DNA of 64,000 nt from Carcharhinus longimanus (Eukaryota): NCBI GenBank assembly GCA_030264375.1, contig JASCQW010000119.1, forward strand, positions 33,932,277-33,996,276. The letters are read 5' to 3'. Shown one piece after another: positions 1 to 13,170 of the stretch. The notes under the pieces were generated by a model. The model did no database searches. It worked only from the letters and a program-made list of their open reading frames with translations, and was not told the origin of the DNA. A program made the position numbers and the translations under genes. Position 1 is the first letter of the stretch; each line of letters opens with the position of its first letter.

Positions 1-300
1 ATCCAGGGACACTAAGGGGCAATTTCTTAGCATGGCCAATCAACCTAACCCGCACATCTTTGGACTGTTTCCTCCCACAGTCCAAAGATGTGTGGGTTAG
101 GTTGATTGGCCATGCTAAAATTGCCCCTTGGTGTGCTGAGATGCAAAGGTTAGAGGGATTAGCAGGTAAAGTATGTAGGGATATGGGGGTAGGACCTGGG
201 TGGGATTGTGGTCGGTACATATTCGTTGGGCCAAGTGGCCTCTTTCTGCACTGTAGCGTTCTATGATTCTATATGACAATAATAAATCAAATCAAATCAT
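1..300. mobile_element. HE1-type shark SINE pieces in fold-back arrangement (minus 1-68, plus ~69-300)
   Basis: TTTCCTCCCACAGTCCAAAGATGTG.GGGTTAGG...CCATGCTAAATTGCCCCTT core, with a tail ending in TTCTATGATTCTAT. Confidence 0.85.
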
Positions 301-1306
301 TGTAGCAAATGGAAAGGTGAAAAATAAAGCAATTAGTAAGGCCTATAAAGTCAGTAGAAATCAGTCGAGCCCTTGCCTATTATGTGGAAGAAGCTGGGTT
401 TATACTTTGGAATAAGGAATAAATATTTAGTCTTAAATTTAACATCATGGGTAAAAAAAAGATTGAATGATTTATTAACTTCCATAAATATGAGTATGTA
501 AAGACCTAACTGGAGAGACCTGCAGCATAGCACTAAGTGGGCCACTGCACATGCACCAATCTGTCAGAACAGTCCCTGATCGCTGGCCTCCCAGACGTAT
601 TCAGGCAACCTCCCCTTCCCCGTCCCACCTCCTCTCTGCAGGTCCTCTTCTTCCCTCCCTGCAGCCCCAACACACTCTCACCACCACGGCACTACCCAAT
701 GCCTGGTAGACAGTGCCACGGTGCTACCTGGGTATTGCCACTTTGCCCCTTAAGCAGTGGCTGGTGGCCAGGCTGGCAATGCACAGGGGGCACCCCTCCC
801 CTTGCCACTGACCCTCTGGGAGTCTTCCATGGCCCCCTTCATTCCAGCGGGGTCAGGCCGCTAGCTCTTGTTCGTGGGGAACTGTTTTAAACCAAGCTCG
901 AATGAAAGCCTCCTGGCAGGGAGGGACAGGCTAGCAGGCCCAGAGACTTCAGTCCTGGGCCTGCTGATGAACGTTTATATAATTTATTCAGCTTTGCACC
1001 GATTTTTGGCATGGAGTAGGTGACGCCGGAAATCCAGAAGCTTGGCTAGACAGCACTGTGAGCTGGAAGAATCACACCACCACCACTCCACCACCACCCC
1101 ACCCCCCCACCGCCCCCCTCCTCCCGCCAGTGTCTGTAACAGGTGTGCACGCCGGTGGGNNNNNNNNNNNNNNNNNNNNNNNNNNNNNNNNNNNNNNNNN
1201 NNNNNNNNNNNNNNNNNNNNNNNNNNNNNNNNNNNNNNNNNNNNNNNNNNNNNNNNNNNCGGTGGGATGAATTGCATCAGATGCCAGTTTAACAAGGGCA
1301 TTAGCA

Positions 1307-1580
1307 TGGCATGATAGCACAGTGGTTAGCACTACTGCTTAACAGCACGAGGGACCCGGGTTCGATTCCTGGCTTGGGTTACTGTCTGTGTGGAATTTGC
1401 ATGTTCTCCCCATGTCTGCGTGGGTTTTCACCAGGTGCTCTGGTTTTCTCCCACAGTCCGAAAGACATGTTGGTTAGGTGCATTGACCCGAACAGGTGTG
1501 CTGGACTGTGGCGACTAGGGGAATTTCACAGTAACTTCATTGCAGTGTTGTAAGCCTTGTGACTAATAAACAAACTTTAA
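1307..1580 (+). mobile_element. tRNA-derived SINE (HE1/V-SINE group)
   Basis: A-box-like GCACAGTGGTTAGCAC, B-box GGTTCGATTCC, and the TCTGTGTGGA.TTTGCATGTTCTCCCC core. Confidence 0.85.
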
Positions 1581-3139
1581 ATGTTATCTATGTTCGATAG
1601 ACTGATCACAACATCAATCTGCATACAATACTGCTCTGACACTAGTGATGCTACTTTCGAGCTCAGTATACTAGTTATTGCTTTCTCTTAATGTTGCACA
1701 GCTGCATACACATCTAGCAGTAGGATGGAACCCACCAGTACTATTTAAAGGAATCATAAGTTGCTAACAGGCAAGTTGCTGGTTGATTTCTTCTGGCTTT
1801 TAAGATTCAACATGTATTTGGTGCTTTATTGAGTTATTTCAAGTTACAAAGGAAGATTAGGCATGTACCCTGCCCCTCTCACCACAGCCTCAGCAAGCAC
1901 TTTCCTAATAATAGCCATCATGATCTGCTCCATGGTGGTTAGACATAGAATTGTTCCTTTTAGTTAACTCCTGCTGCTTCTATTTGTCTTCTCCTACAAG
2001 AGAAATATAAGCATGGCAATGAATACGGTGCAATCTGTTTGGTTGATATTGTTATAATTTAAAAATCTCTGATTCTTTCAACCAGTTTACTTATTCCAAT
2101 GTTTTACCCCGGTGCCCTTATTTGCAAGATGGACAAAGGACAAACACAAGTAAAGGTTCAACAAGTTTATTNNNNNNNNNNNNNNNNNNNNNNNNNNNNN
2201 NNNNNNNNNNNNNNNNNNNNNNNNNNNNNNNNNNNNNNNNNNNNNNNNNNNNNNNNNNNNNNNNNNNNNNNGGTCTGTCGTCACGAAGGTGAGTCTCGAT
2301 GGCAGCTTCTTTCTTCCTTCCTTTCTTCTCTGGTCAGCCTTCCGAATGGTCAAGGGTCACCTCCTTCATCGAGTCTTTGCTGCTAGTGTCTGAAAATGTG
2401 TTCCTTTATCCCCTGTCTGCTTGCCTTTCCAGAAACTTCTCTGGCTTCCAGCCAATGAAGTCCCAGGAGGGGGTTCCAATACCCAGTGGGTTTCTTGATG
2501 TCTGCCTGACAGGGCACCAGGGTCCGCCCTCAGGTGTCCATCTCCATGCTGCTGCTTACATGTAACCTGTTATCAGAGTAAGCCAACTGCAGAAGCTTGT
2601 GGTGACAGAAAGTCTGGCTCGATCTGGGCTCCTAACAATAGGCTGGTGCATTTCAATGGTGTGCAATGATGTCCTGCTAAGTATCAGTCGGATGCAGCGA
2701 TCTTTGTCGGAAGATTGATAAATCAGGCCCAGACAGGTTTGTGTATTGTACAATTGGCCTGCCTGAGTCTGATTTTTAATATGCCCAATTCTTTAATTCA
2801 GGATATCCAATTTTATCAGCCTTAAAACTAGGCCCTGTTTATGTTACAATATGGCGATCTTGGTTAAATAGCTGACTGTGATTATAAGCTGTGAGATGTG
2901 GGTGAATAGCTTACAACAGTGCTGTATGAGAGGGGGGCAATAGAGTTTATGAATGTTAATTAACTGCTTGATTGATAAGGGTTGTTTAAATGAGTGATGA
3001 GAGTGTGGTGAATTGAAGTGTCTGAGGTTAGCAGTGCAGTTGGTTGGGTATAATATTTGAAGATGCATTCTTACCATTCATCTGAGTTCATTGAACTTTT
3101 TTTAGCGCAACAGGATGGGAGAGTCGCGGCCAACATCTT

Positions 3140-3270
3140 AGCCAGGCCCTATCCCCACAACCTCAAGTATTTATGCTAATCCCCTTAACCTACACATCTT
3201 GGGACACTAAGGGGCAATTTAGCATACCCAATTCACATAACCTGCACATTTTTGGATTGTGAAAAGGAAA
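3140..3270 (-). mobile_element. HE1-type SINE fragment
   Basis: GGGACACTAAGGGGCAATTTAGCAT...CCTGCACAT.TTTGGA. Confidence 0.7.
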
Positions 3271-5907
3271 TAGACCAGTGAAGTAGAGTAGATATAGAAG
3301 TTCTGTCATGACTTTATTGAATGGTAGAGCAGTTTCAATGGGCTGTGTGGCTTACTCTTGCTTCTATTTCTTCTGTTCTCATGGTGATGGTCGTGTCATT
3401 CTATTTACCTGATGGGATCTGAATTACACAACACTGTTCGCATGGATACAAAAGCTAAACCACTTCTGATCAATACATACTGTGGATTAGAATGCACCCA
3501 ATACAATCTCACTATCATCTGAAATTTGGGATTCATCAGCTGCAGTCAACACAAAACTGAAAAAAATGTAACTAATTGTCAGGGCTGAAATCCCATCGCA
3601 TATTTGTCAAGATTTCGTATTTATGAAACAGTTTCTACAAGCTATCTTAAACTGGAATGCAATGTTCCAAGCAAACATCATCAATGGCACACTGCCAGTT
3701 GGAGTAATTTACCAATGGGAATTGAAAAGTTAACAGTTTGTGTTAAACTTCCTCATAAGTAACTCTCACAGGGGATCTCAGGGTTCATAGGCAAAGAGTT
3801 TAGAACAGTCCAGGAAAAAAAGACGACAGAGAATAGTCAAGTCAGGAAATGCTGAAGTAATTAAATCAATGTGACAAACTAGATAACAAAATAGGCGATT
3901 TATAAATTCTGAAGAGTCAACTAACTCCTCAGATATCAGCCGTTCAAGCTTTGGATTTCTACTGGTAAGGGGAGTGCTTTCTGTTTATTTATGTATGGTG
4001 GATCTTGATCTGAATGAATGTGTTTCAAAAACTTGGAATGTTCGAAGAATTCTTGCTATGTCTAACAATGTGATTCCAATTGATAGAATCTGTTGTTCCA
4101 TTATAGTCCACTAGCCAAGAATTAGAAAGCTTGTTAGCTTTGAGAGAAACCAATGGCATTATACTTTCCTACTGCTATGCTGAAGTTAAGTACCTAGAAT
4201 TGTGTGTAAAGCTCTCTGCTTAAGTGAACAAAGAGCAATGAATAATTTAACATTTCTTCTTTCTGTTTTGAGTACAAATTCCATTTCCAGACGAACTAGA
4301 AGATTGCATTTGTTGTGATCTATAATTTGAGATGCACTATATAGTTGTGTAAACTATATAATTTATATATTATTTATTCTGGTTTATTTGTGGAGTGCAA
4401 TCTTTCACCCCTTAACTTCAAGATTTGAATAGAGTGCAAAACATGGCATTTGTATCAGAATGGCACAAGTGAATGATATGATTCTCCTACAGTTTAGTTG
4501 ACAAAATAAAAATCTCAGAATGTGTATAGGTGGTAGAATAAGATCAATTAGCAATTGGGAAGCCTCCAGTTGGGAGGCTTGCATTTTATTAGCAGCACAA
4601 TTTGCAGAGAACATGGACTAACAGGACTGGTTTTTAACATGTGTTGCTATTATGCCTTCGCAACAGCAACCCTTTGTATGTGACCTGAGACCCTCCAACT
4701 CAAACTTGCAGCACATTCAAGAACAGGCTTTAATAAGTAGAAATCAAATGCAGAATTTTAGCATTTCAGGACCAGAACAAAATTTTGCACAGGAAGAATC
4801 ATTACACAATTAGGAGGTGTTGTGTGCAGTGGTAGCATCCCTACTGTTGGACCAGAAGCTCCAGATTCAAGACCAATGCTTGAACTGGTTGGCATTTGTA
4901 ATGCAGTTCAATAAGCTGATAATCAGTCGGGAATCTGGCACCATTTTCCTACTATTTCCCAAAGGCAAAAACAATGTGGGTGTGAAGATATGCCAAATAA
5001 AATTGGACCATTGTTATTAATTGAGTTATAATTGTGCATATTCAACACAGTTCAGTAATTCAAAGATCAATTATCTGGTCAATTATTTTTCTACAAAAAC
5101 TATATTTTTAGAATCATTTTATTCCCTATTATGTATTTCTGGCACTATGTATGCTTGGTTAATATAAGATAAGTAGGTAAAGACTGTTGTCTTTTGGCTA
5201 TCTCCACAACATAGAAAATGCTGAATTGCAATTATTAGGGCAACACTTGTTTATTTCTGGCCCTTATCTTTCTCATCATTTTGGAACAAATGCAATAATA
5301 TTGCTACGTTTACACCACTGTCAAATGGTGTGATGAAGAACTGGCAGCAGTATGAGGTTTGAATTCTGATACCCTATGGACCACTTGAGGAGCAACATGA
5401 TTAAAAATTGTGAGAGTAGGACAAGGGACACAGGTTCAAGCAATTGAAAGTCAAATTTAGGACTAGTATTTGGAAGTACTTCCTAATCTAGAATAATTAA
5501 TACATAGAATGGATTTCTAGATAGGATTGTAGAGGTGACAACCATATAATTATTAAAGAATCAGTTAGATGTTGCATTGGAGTTGGACTTCAGATACTTT
5601 TGGATAGACAAATTAAGGTGGACAAAATTATTTCCTTCAGCTGTAACTGTCTCATAGAGATTACCTAGCAATCTTGTGATTTTCCTCTTGATTGTAAACT
5701 TAGAGAATCCGGTTTTGTATTAAATAAAGCAGGTATTTCCATTCTTGCTGTCAAGACACTTAGAGGTAACAGATAAGAGCAGAATTCTGTTCAATCATGT
5801 AGTGAAGTGATCCATTCTGCCAACAAGAATTAAATTCAGAGTCAGGCAATATAATGCCCAGTGGGAACTAATTCAATAATTATGTTTTCAAGACCTATAG
5901 TTGCACT

Positions 5908-5938
5908 ATACACACACACACGTACACACACACACACA
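5908..5938. repeat. (CA)n microsatellite
   Basis: tacacacacacacgtacacacacacacaca. Confidence 0.9.
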
Positions 5939-6536
5939 AAGTGATTCGTCATCTTGAAAAAGTCAATGCACCAAGATCAATTGAACTGATGAGTCAAAGC
6001 CTGTTCTCGTATTTATTACTGTAGCACATTAGAAAGTCAAAGAAAATCATCCATATTGGTTTTACAATAGAGTACCTTTACTTAGGTTGTGCTGTAAAGG
6101 ACAACCAGTACACTCAAAATTAAACTACCACTGATTTGCAAATGTTTGCCCCTTTGAGCTGAAAATCTCATAGATAATTTAGAGGAATCCATTCCAAGAG
6201 CAAACATTAATACATTAGGTGACCTGACCTGTCAAATCCGATTCAATTTTCAATTGGTTTTGTCATTTTAGGTTACCATGCTGTATTTGTGGGGCAGAAG
6301 AAATTCCTTTGCTCTCCATTCAACCTCAAAGCGCTTAAAATTATTTCTAGTTTAGGTGATGTAATTTCATCAATATACTTAAACTTTTTATAATCAAATT
6401 ATTCACCAATTCAAAACTGAGGTCTTCAAATGTATTTTGCTATTTATTTCTTGTACTTCCTAAAGTATAAATAACTTCACATAAAATATTTTGAATTTAC
6501 TGAAGTAGGCAGTGTTTAATTATTAGACACAATAGC

Positions 6537-8855
6537 TGGGATTTACCACTGTGAGCTTAAATTCCGTGGTGGGCACGGGAAGATGGAGGAATGCCTGCCG
6601 CAGAATGCAGTGGGTAAACTTGCCGGATCATGCAATGTCAAGCTTATTAATTGTGTAGCCAGGTGTTTAACGCCAAATTGTGTGGCGGGGTGGGCAGGAA
6701 GTTTTAGCCTCACCATCATATCCAGGCGCCATATTCAAAAAGCACCCATACATTCATTCATGCACTGTGCAAAGACTCTGCAAGACAGACATGTCATCTA
6801 GAAAGCAGCAGGAACTGGTCCCATCCTTCAGTGATGCCTGACTAGAGACTCTACTGCAGACTGTAGAGAACAGAAAGGACATCTTCTTTTCCAGGGATGG
6901 AGGAGGAGATTCACTTGTCTCACACTCCTGCTTAGGAGGAAGTCACCAGGGTGGTCAATGCCACATGTAGAGAGAGGAGGATCGCCCTGCAATGCAGAAA
7001 GTGAATGAATAACCTGTACTGCTAGAGTTAGTGAGCCCTCTACTCCCCATACGCACCTCACTGGATGGATACTTGAAAGTGGGCATCAATGGCAAGGTCA
7101 ACATCTACCCAAGAGTAAAAGCCTTTTGCAAGGTGCTGGGATGTTCCCCAAAGTTCCTTCGCACTCCTTGTGGTCTGTTGGTAGGTAGGCAGCTGTGGCT
7201 TGCTGACCCAGCCACACTGAAAGTAGAAATTCTTTGAGGAGAAGGGGCATCAGGCAGATACCTTGAGACTTCCACCCAGGACCCCAAGGGTATCCAGGTG
7301 TTCCAGGTCCCCTTTGCCTGCAACCACATCAGCTCCTATCTCTGGAATTGTTAAGGGTGCAGCTGCCCCAGTGCAGAAAACTCAATAAAGGCTGGGACCC
7401 CCTTCAGACCTCAGACCTCCAGAGGATACCAACCAAGAAAGCTTCTTCCACCTTTGTAGCAGAGGAAGCACCTAGGTATAGTAGTAGGGTAAAGAAAATT
7501 AAGTTCTAAGTTCAGTCTGGTAGTGCAGGTGTAGAAGCATTTAAATAGTTGTTGCACCTTTGTAAATATATGATTCCTTTCACTTTACAGAGATCTGCTG
7601 GGCTTTGCTGGCCATGGTTTGTTTTAATGCTTGTGTGTCTCTTCCCTCTACCTTTCAAGGAGGTGAGGCAGGCTGGGTCTAACCTCTTGAATCATACATT
7701 CACTTGGAGGCATGAATTTTGCCAAGGATTTTTGAGCCATGTGCAAGAAGCCTTCAACATTTCCTTTGCCGCACTGACTTTGAGTTTTTAGAAAGACCTT
7801 TCCCATGTCAGGAGAGCTTATTGGATTCCCCCTTCAGTTGTCTAGTTGAGCTGACCTTCAGCAATGCCCACCTGATGATTCTCCTCCTAACCAGCATTCC
7901 CTGAGGACTCAGTGCTGTTGCCTTAGCATCAGGATGGTGCACATGAGCTTTCTGACTGTCACTTTTACTTTCCTTATGTAGCCCTCACTCACTCCCATCA
8001 CTGTTGACCCTACCACAGTGTTCATCCTCCCATCTATCACCCTTGAACTCCCCCTCCACCCCCATGTCACTCTGCAACCCGTCACTATAACCCTTTCACT
8101 GCCTTCCCCGATGAACCCACACCCGTAGGGGTCCCCAGGCCCACCTTATTCTTGCCAGCCCTTGGATGTATGTCCCCTCCAACCATCCAAATTGGTTCTT
8201 CACCAGTCACAGATGGATTTTCACCCTTCCACCCTACTGTGGCCTTCCACCACTTGTACTCTTGATCTGCCCCTGACATCACAGACTGCTTCCTCTGAAC
8301 CCTACCCTCCATCCCCTCAACCACGTTCCCCTCCCAAAGCCTTGCTTTACCCCTGTCCACTGATTTTCCATGGTCTTGGCACAACACTAGTCCCTGCTCC
8401 CTGACCATCTCTTGCTCCACAATTCCTTCTAGCTCCAACCCCCAGCCTCTGAACCTCCCCCTTCAGTTTTTAACCTTCCCGCCTCCGGTGTTCCAGCACC
8501 CTTGACTTGGCTGCCTCTCCCCCCCTACACCCCCCCCCCACGCCCCTCCATNNNNNNNNNNNNNNNNNNNNNNNNNNNNNNNNNNNNNNNNNNNNNNNNN
8601 NNNNNNNNNNNNNNNNNNNNNNNNNNNNNNNNNNNNNNNNNNNNNNNNNNNGCTGCCTCTCCCCCCATCCACCACCCCCCCACGCCCATCCATCCCTCCC
8701 TCTCATGTTCCAGACATACACCCCCGTTGCAAGGCTGTACCAAAGCGGAAAGTCCTCGTCATTACAACACAATGTTAATCCAGTCATATTCTGACCAATA
8801 TGAAATCTCATTGCTGGTGCAGGTGATATGCTGGGTCGGGGAGAATTCTGGTCGG
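6537..8855. mobile_element. Decayed PIF/Harbinger-type element with Myb/SANT-like gene remnant (+, ~6815-7500)
   Basis: 6815+ translates approximately as PSFSDA*LETLLQTVENRKDIFFP (Myb/SANT-like start). It has GGGATTT.../...GGAGAATTC-type termini. Confidence 0.55.
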
Positions 8856-10779
8856 ATTCTCTTTTAAATTCTATTCATTATATGCTAAATGAATTCTCAA
8901 AGGCCTTTGGTGGAAATAGCAACCCACCATTATCCTGCATGACAGTTGGGATAGCAAGTTCCCGTTGTCATTTCCTGCTGTTGGGATTTTTTTTTCATCC
9001 CAACATATTCACCAGCACACCCCTGTTGCACCACAATCCCTACTCTTGGCAGGGATGGACAATTCCAGCCAATATAAAAAGGCTGAAATTGTCCAGTCTC
9101 ACCTGCCTTGAGAATCGTAGTGGGCGAGACAGAAAATTTGGCTGGCCATTTAAAGATCCATTGCACTCAGGAAGGAATTTCCAGTCATGGGGCATATGCG
9201 GCCCACATCTTTACCTCAGTTTCACTCCTTCCTCTTACTGCAAAAAGAGATAGATTCAATCTTGAGGGGAAACCAAAGTGCAAATATTAGTCAAAAACAA
9301 GACCTCCCAGGATTTAATTTTTTAATATAATGCTTAGAATTTCTTTACTCAGACAGTGGTTAGAATGTGGTGCCTAATACTGCCAGAAGTGGTTGAGGCA
9401 AATAGCTTAGATGATTTCAATGGGAAACCAGGCTGACAGAAAAAGGNNNNNNNNNNNNNNNNNNNNNNNNGGCGGGGCAGGCTCGAAGGGCTAGATGGCC
9501 TACTCCTGCTCCTATTTCTTATGTTCTTATGTTCTTATATTACCTGGAAAATATAATTTAGTTATAAGCCACTAAAACAAAAATCTAAAGTGTTTTAATC
9601 AAATACTATTTGCAATAGACTGCAGCAGTTTAAATAGGTGGTTCACCATCATCTTCTCAAGGTCAATTAGTGATGGGCAATAAATGCTAGCCTAGCCAGC
9701 CATAACTCAAGAACGAATAAGAAAGAAATCTGACTAAGAAAATAACAAAAACGTTGTATGCAGTGAAATCCAGTGAGTTAATAATGCCAAGCAGCGCTAG
9801 AGCCAAATAGTCACTTGGAGAACCTGAACTGATATGAATTATATTTGCATTGATTGCTGGATTTTAAATATGTTTTGTTTTTGACAATTTTCTTGCCAGT
9901 TTAAATGGATGGGCAAAGGCCAAATAATAATTGGTGATTTGACATTCTGAGTGAGTATACTGAGATTCTAAAATAATGTATTTGCCTCTCCTACATTAAT
10001 TTCATTTTGTATTTAATGGGTAGTGAAACAAACAATAGCTATATGCTGTCAATTTATTCTGGATTCTGTTTTAGGTTCAAGTAAATGGGGTCTCCTTCTC
10101 TAACTGGATAAAGTTTTAGAAAATATATTAACTAGAATATGGTTTTGTTGGTGTTTTTAAAAAGGGAAATGATATGCAAATAATATTTTCAGCATACATT
10201 GCATCATTAATTTATTTTTTCAGAGCAAATGAATATTAAAGCTGGTGACAGATTTTAATTAGGTAAGGTCCTATTATTTTAACAAGTATAGGATTATAAA
10301 AATGTCTGCTGCATTTATGGATCACAAGCAAAGGAAAGATTACAATAGCCAATGTGCCTCCTTTAGCTACACAAAGCAGCAAGGTCCCAACTTTGATACC
10401 TTGGCTATAAAATTCAGCCTTGTAATGTAAGTGAAAGTGTTACAGTTGCAGAGAGCTCAAGCACAAGTTTGCCAAGTGTGCACCAAAATAATTTTGAACC
10501 TTCTAAGGCCTGGTAATGCACTCTGTCTTAAATACTCCCAGCTAAACGTATGTCAGCTGCACTTTGGGTCCCATGAATGCTGCTTAAAGGGATCAGCATG
10601 GGAATTCATATGAGGTGCTTTTGACTTCCTTTAGCTCCTGCAGGGTGGGTGGAAGTACCATGTTGTTGGAGGAGATCTGAAAAGATGTTACAGTCAGGAG
10701 AGAATGCTCCAGTGCTTCACCAAGGATTGTTGTGAGTTTGAATGTCTGTCAGCATCATTTATTATTTAATGTGTGTACA

Positions 10780-11515
10780 GTCACAGAGCCTAGCAACAGT
10801 CTTGTCAGTGACTAGATGGAGTTCTTCGATCCCGTCTTCAAGCTTAGTCAGCGGACACTCCTCAACAATTTGAGCCTTTGTTTGGACTGCAGAGCTGTAA
10901 CCAGGATAATCTTAACAACCCCACTGATGCTGAATGTCTGCACAGAGGCCTCAGCCAGTCCAAATGGTTTAAAAGATCCCACTTTCACCATGAGAGTTTG
11001 AACTAATTCCTCAGGGGCCAGTGTCCCTTCACAAGGTTACCTTTATTTACAAACTTGTTTCCACTTCTAAGGGTGCTTCTGGTCAGAATCCAGAGTGTCA
11101 GTACACTTGACACTCCTCAAAATGTACACAGGTGAAACTCCCTGATTGGGCAGGTAATTGTTACCACAGGGAGGGAACTCATACTCCATGAGGCCAACCT
11201 TATGGGCCTCATTAAGGTCATTAGAGAGATCAAAGCCAAAAGTGGACGAATGGTCTATGACAAGAGTATGGTTTCTGGCAGATATTTTCCCCTTCTCCTG
11301 CTATAGGTCCTCAGTTGTTACTCCTCAACTTGTGAGTTTAGCCATATGGATTGGTGTGAGAGCAGGTATACAGCTGGTAATTGAATAAAGATAGGCTTGG
11401 ATTGGAGTACAGTTTTTCCAGTGGCTTGCCTGTTGCAATTACCCTCTGGATATGGGCAGGGGGCATGGGGGGCACTGTTGCTCAGGACTGCTAGCCAGGG
11501 AGGTGAGTTGGTCAA
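10780..11515 (-). mobile_element. Vingi/Ingi-clade LINE 3' fragment, interrupted by an LTR-like insert (~10896-11225)
   Basis: Minus-strand peptides PWLAVLSNSAP..HIQRVIATGKPLEKLYSNPSL and QTKAQIVEECPLTKLEDGIEELHLVTDKTVA resemble the Ingi/Vingi ORF C-terminus. Confidence 0.65.
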
Positions 11516-11640
11516 AGAGGATCTGTGATGATGTGCAAAAATCTTATCCCTACTACAGTTGCTTCATAATTTCACACTTGTCATCCCTGTATCCCTGTAC
11601 TACACAGTATCACAGCATTCTCCAGGCCAAAATTCTGAAA

Positions 11641-13170
11641 TACTGTAGATATTGGTATATAAGTCAATGTTTGAAGTCTGAAAAGATTCCTCCAAAAACA
11701 GGAGTCAGCTCATACACCAAGTATAAAAATGGACTACCAGCACAGGTATGATGGTTGCCACCTTTGTCCTTTGCCATATAGGGTCTGCACTGTGTCAGCA
11801 TGTCTTAAACTCCCTTCACAACAAAGCCCATAATGCCTGATTGATCTCTTGCACCCAGTTATAATGTGCTGGAAAGTAAAATATCTATTTGTGGGATGAA
11901 AATTGAAGCTGACAACTAATGCAAGTATATCATATTGTGGCTGAAAAGGGGGTGGAATTATATACCGAGTATATGTAAACAGATTTTGTGGCCTATAAGA
12001 TGGGGTTGTCTCACTTCTCTTCTTCTTTGGCAGTTCCTTGGGGTTGAGGAGGACTTGTTTCCACACTAAAAACAATTCCCAGATGTCTGAGGGGATTAAT
12101 GCACGAACTACTGTCTCTATCATAGGTAGTGATTGGAGGAAACAGGTGGGGGCTGCTCATGTTGTTACGCATTTGCTGTTGGTTCTTGCCTTCAGTTTGT
12201 TCTTAGCGATGAAAAACAAGGTATTCAGCTCCTTCTTGGATGCTTTCCCTCCACTTCAGATGGTCTTGTGCCAGGAAGTTACAGGTGTCGATGGGAATGT
12301 TGCTTTCTTTAAAGGAAGATTTGAGGATGTCCTTGAACCATTTCCTCTTCCTTCTTGGGCTCGCTTGCCATATTGAAGTTCCAAGTAGAGCTCTTGTTTT
12401 GGGAGTCCCGTGTCAGGCATGCAAGCTATGAGACCTGAATATGGTCAATACTTTGATGCTAAGTATGTCAGTCTGAGCGAGAATACTGACATTGATGTGC
12501 CTATTCTATCAATGGATTTGCAAGTTCTTACAGAGGCAGTGCTTGTTGTACTTCTCCGGTGTTTTGAGGTGCCTGCTGCACATTTTTGAGCCATTTGGAG
12601 GGTGTGTATCACTATTGCTCTGTAGACCATGAGTTTTGTGCCTGTTCTGAGGTCCTGGTCTTCAAATATTCTCGTTCTCAAGAGATCAAAGGCTGCGTTG
12701 GCACAATAAGGTGGTGTTAAACCTCTTTGCCGATGTCTACCCTTGTTGACAGTAGGTTCCCAAGGTTGAGGGTGAGATGGAGCATTGCAGCAAGGAAGAT
12801 TAAGAAGAGCATCAGTTCAGTGACACAGGCTTGATTGATCCCAGTCCAAACATGGATTGGTTCTGTGATGAATCCATTGGTCAGGATCACAGCTTGTCAT
12901 CATGGAGCAGGCGGAGGAGGATGGTCACAAACTTTTGGAGGCAGCCAAAATGGAGGTGAATGCACCATAATCTCTTGCAGTTATAATATACTGGAAAGAA
13001 AGACATCCATTTGTGGGATGAGAAATTGAAGCTGACTACCATTCCAAATATAACATGTTGAACTGAAAAAAAGATCAAATTATATACTGGGTATATGTAA
13101 AAATATGGTTTTTGTGGCCTATAAGATGGGGTTGTCTTACACTGGGTTAACCTATGCACTGTGATCAATA
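11641..13170. mobile_element. Tc1/mariner-superfamily-like non-autonomous element with an internal duplication, interrupted by an RTE LINE
   Basis: Terminal motifs ..GTAGATATTGGTATATAAGTC.. and ..GGGGTTGTCTTACAC.GGGTTAACCTAT..; 11850-12013 is similar to 12965-13140. Confidence 0.45.
12015..12765 (-). mobile_element. RTE-clade LINE 3' fragment
   Basis: RIFEDQDLRTGTKLMVYRAIVI resembles the RTE/BovB RT C-terminus; 3' (GAA)n tail at ~12017-12027 on the minus strand. Confidence 0.85.

Noticed and set aside
984-1332. ORFs spanning N runs (also ~8470-8867, 26767-27318, 48295-48821, 51669-52304, 59375-59678)
   Set aside because: They are open only because N codons hide stops.
1307-1380. tRNA gene
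   Set aside because: The A and B boxes belong to a SINE head followed by SINE core sequence, with no complete cloverleaf.
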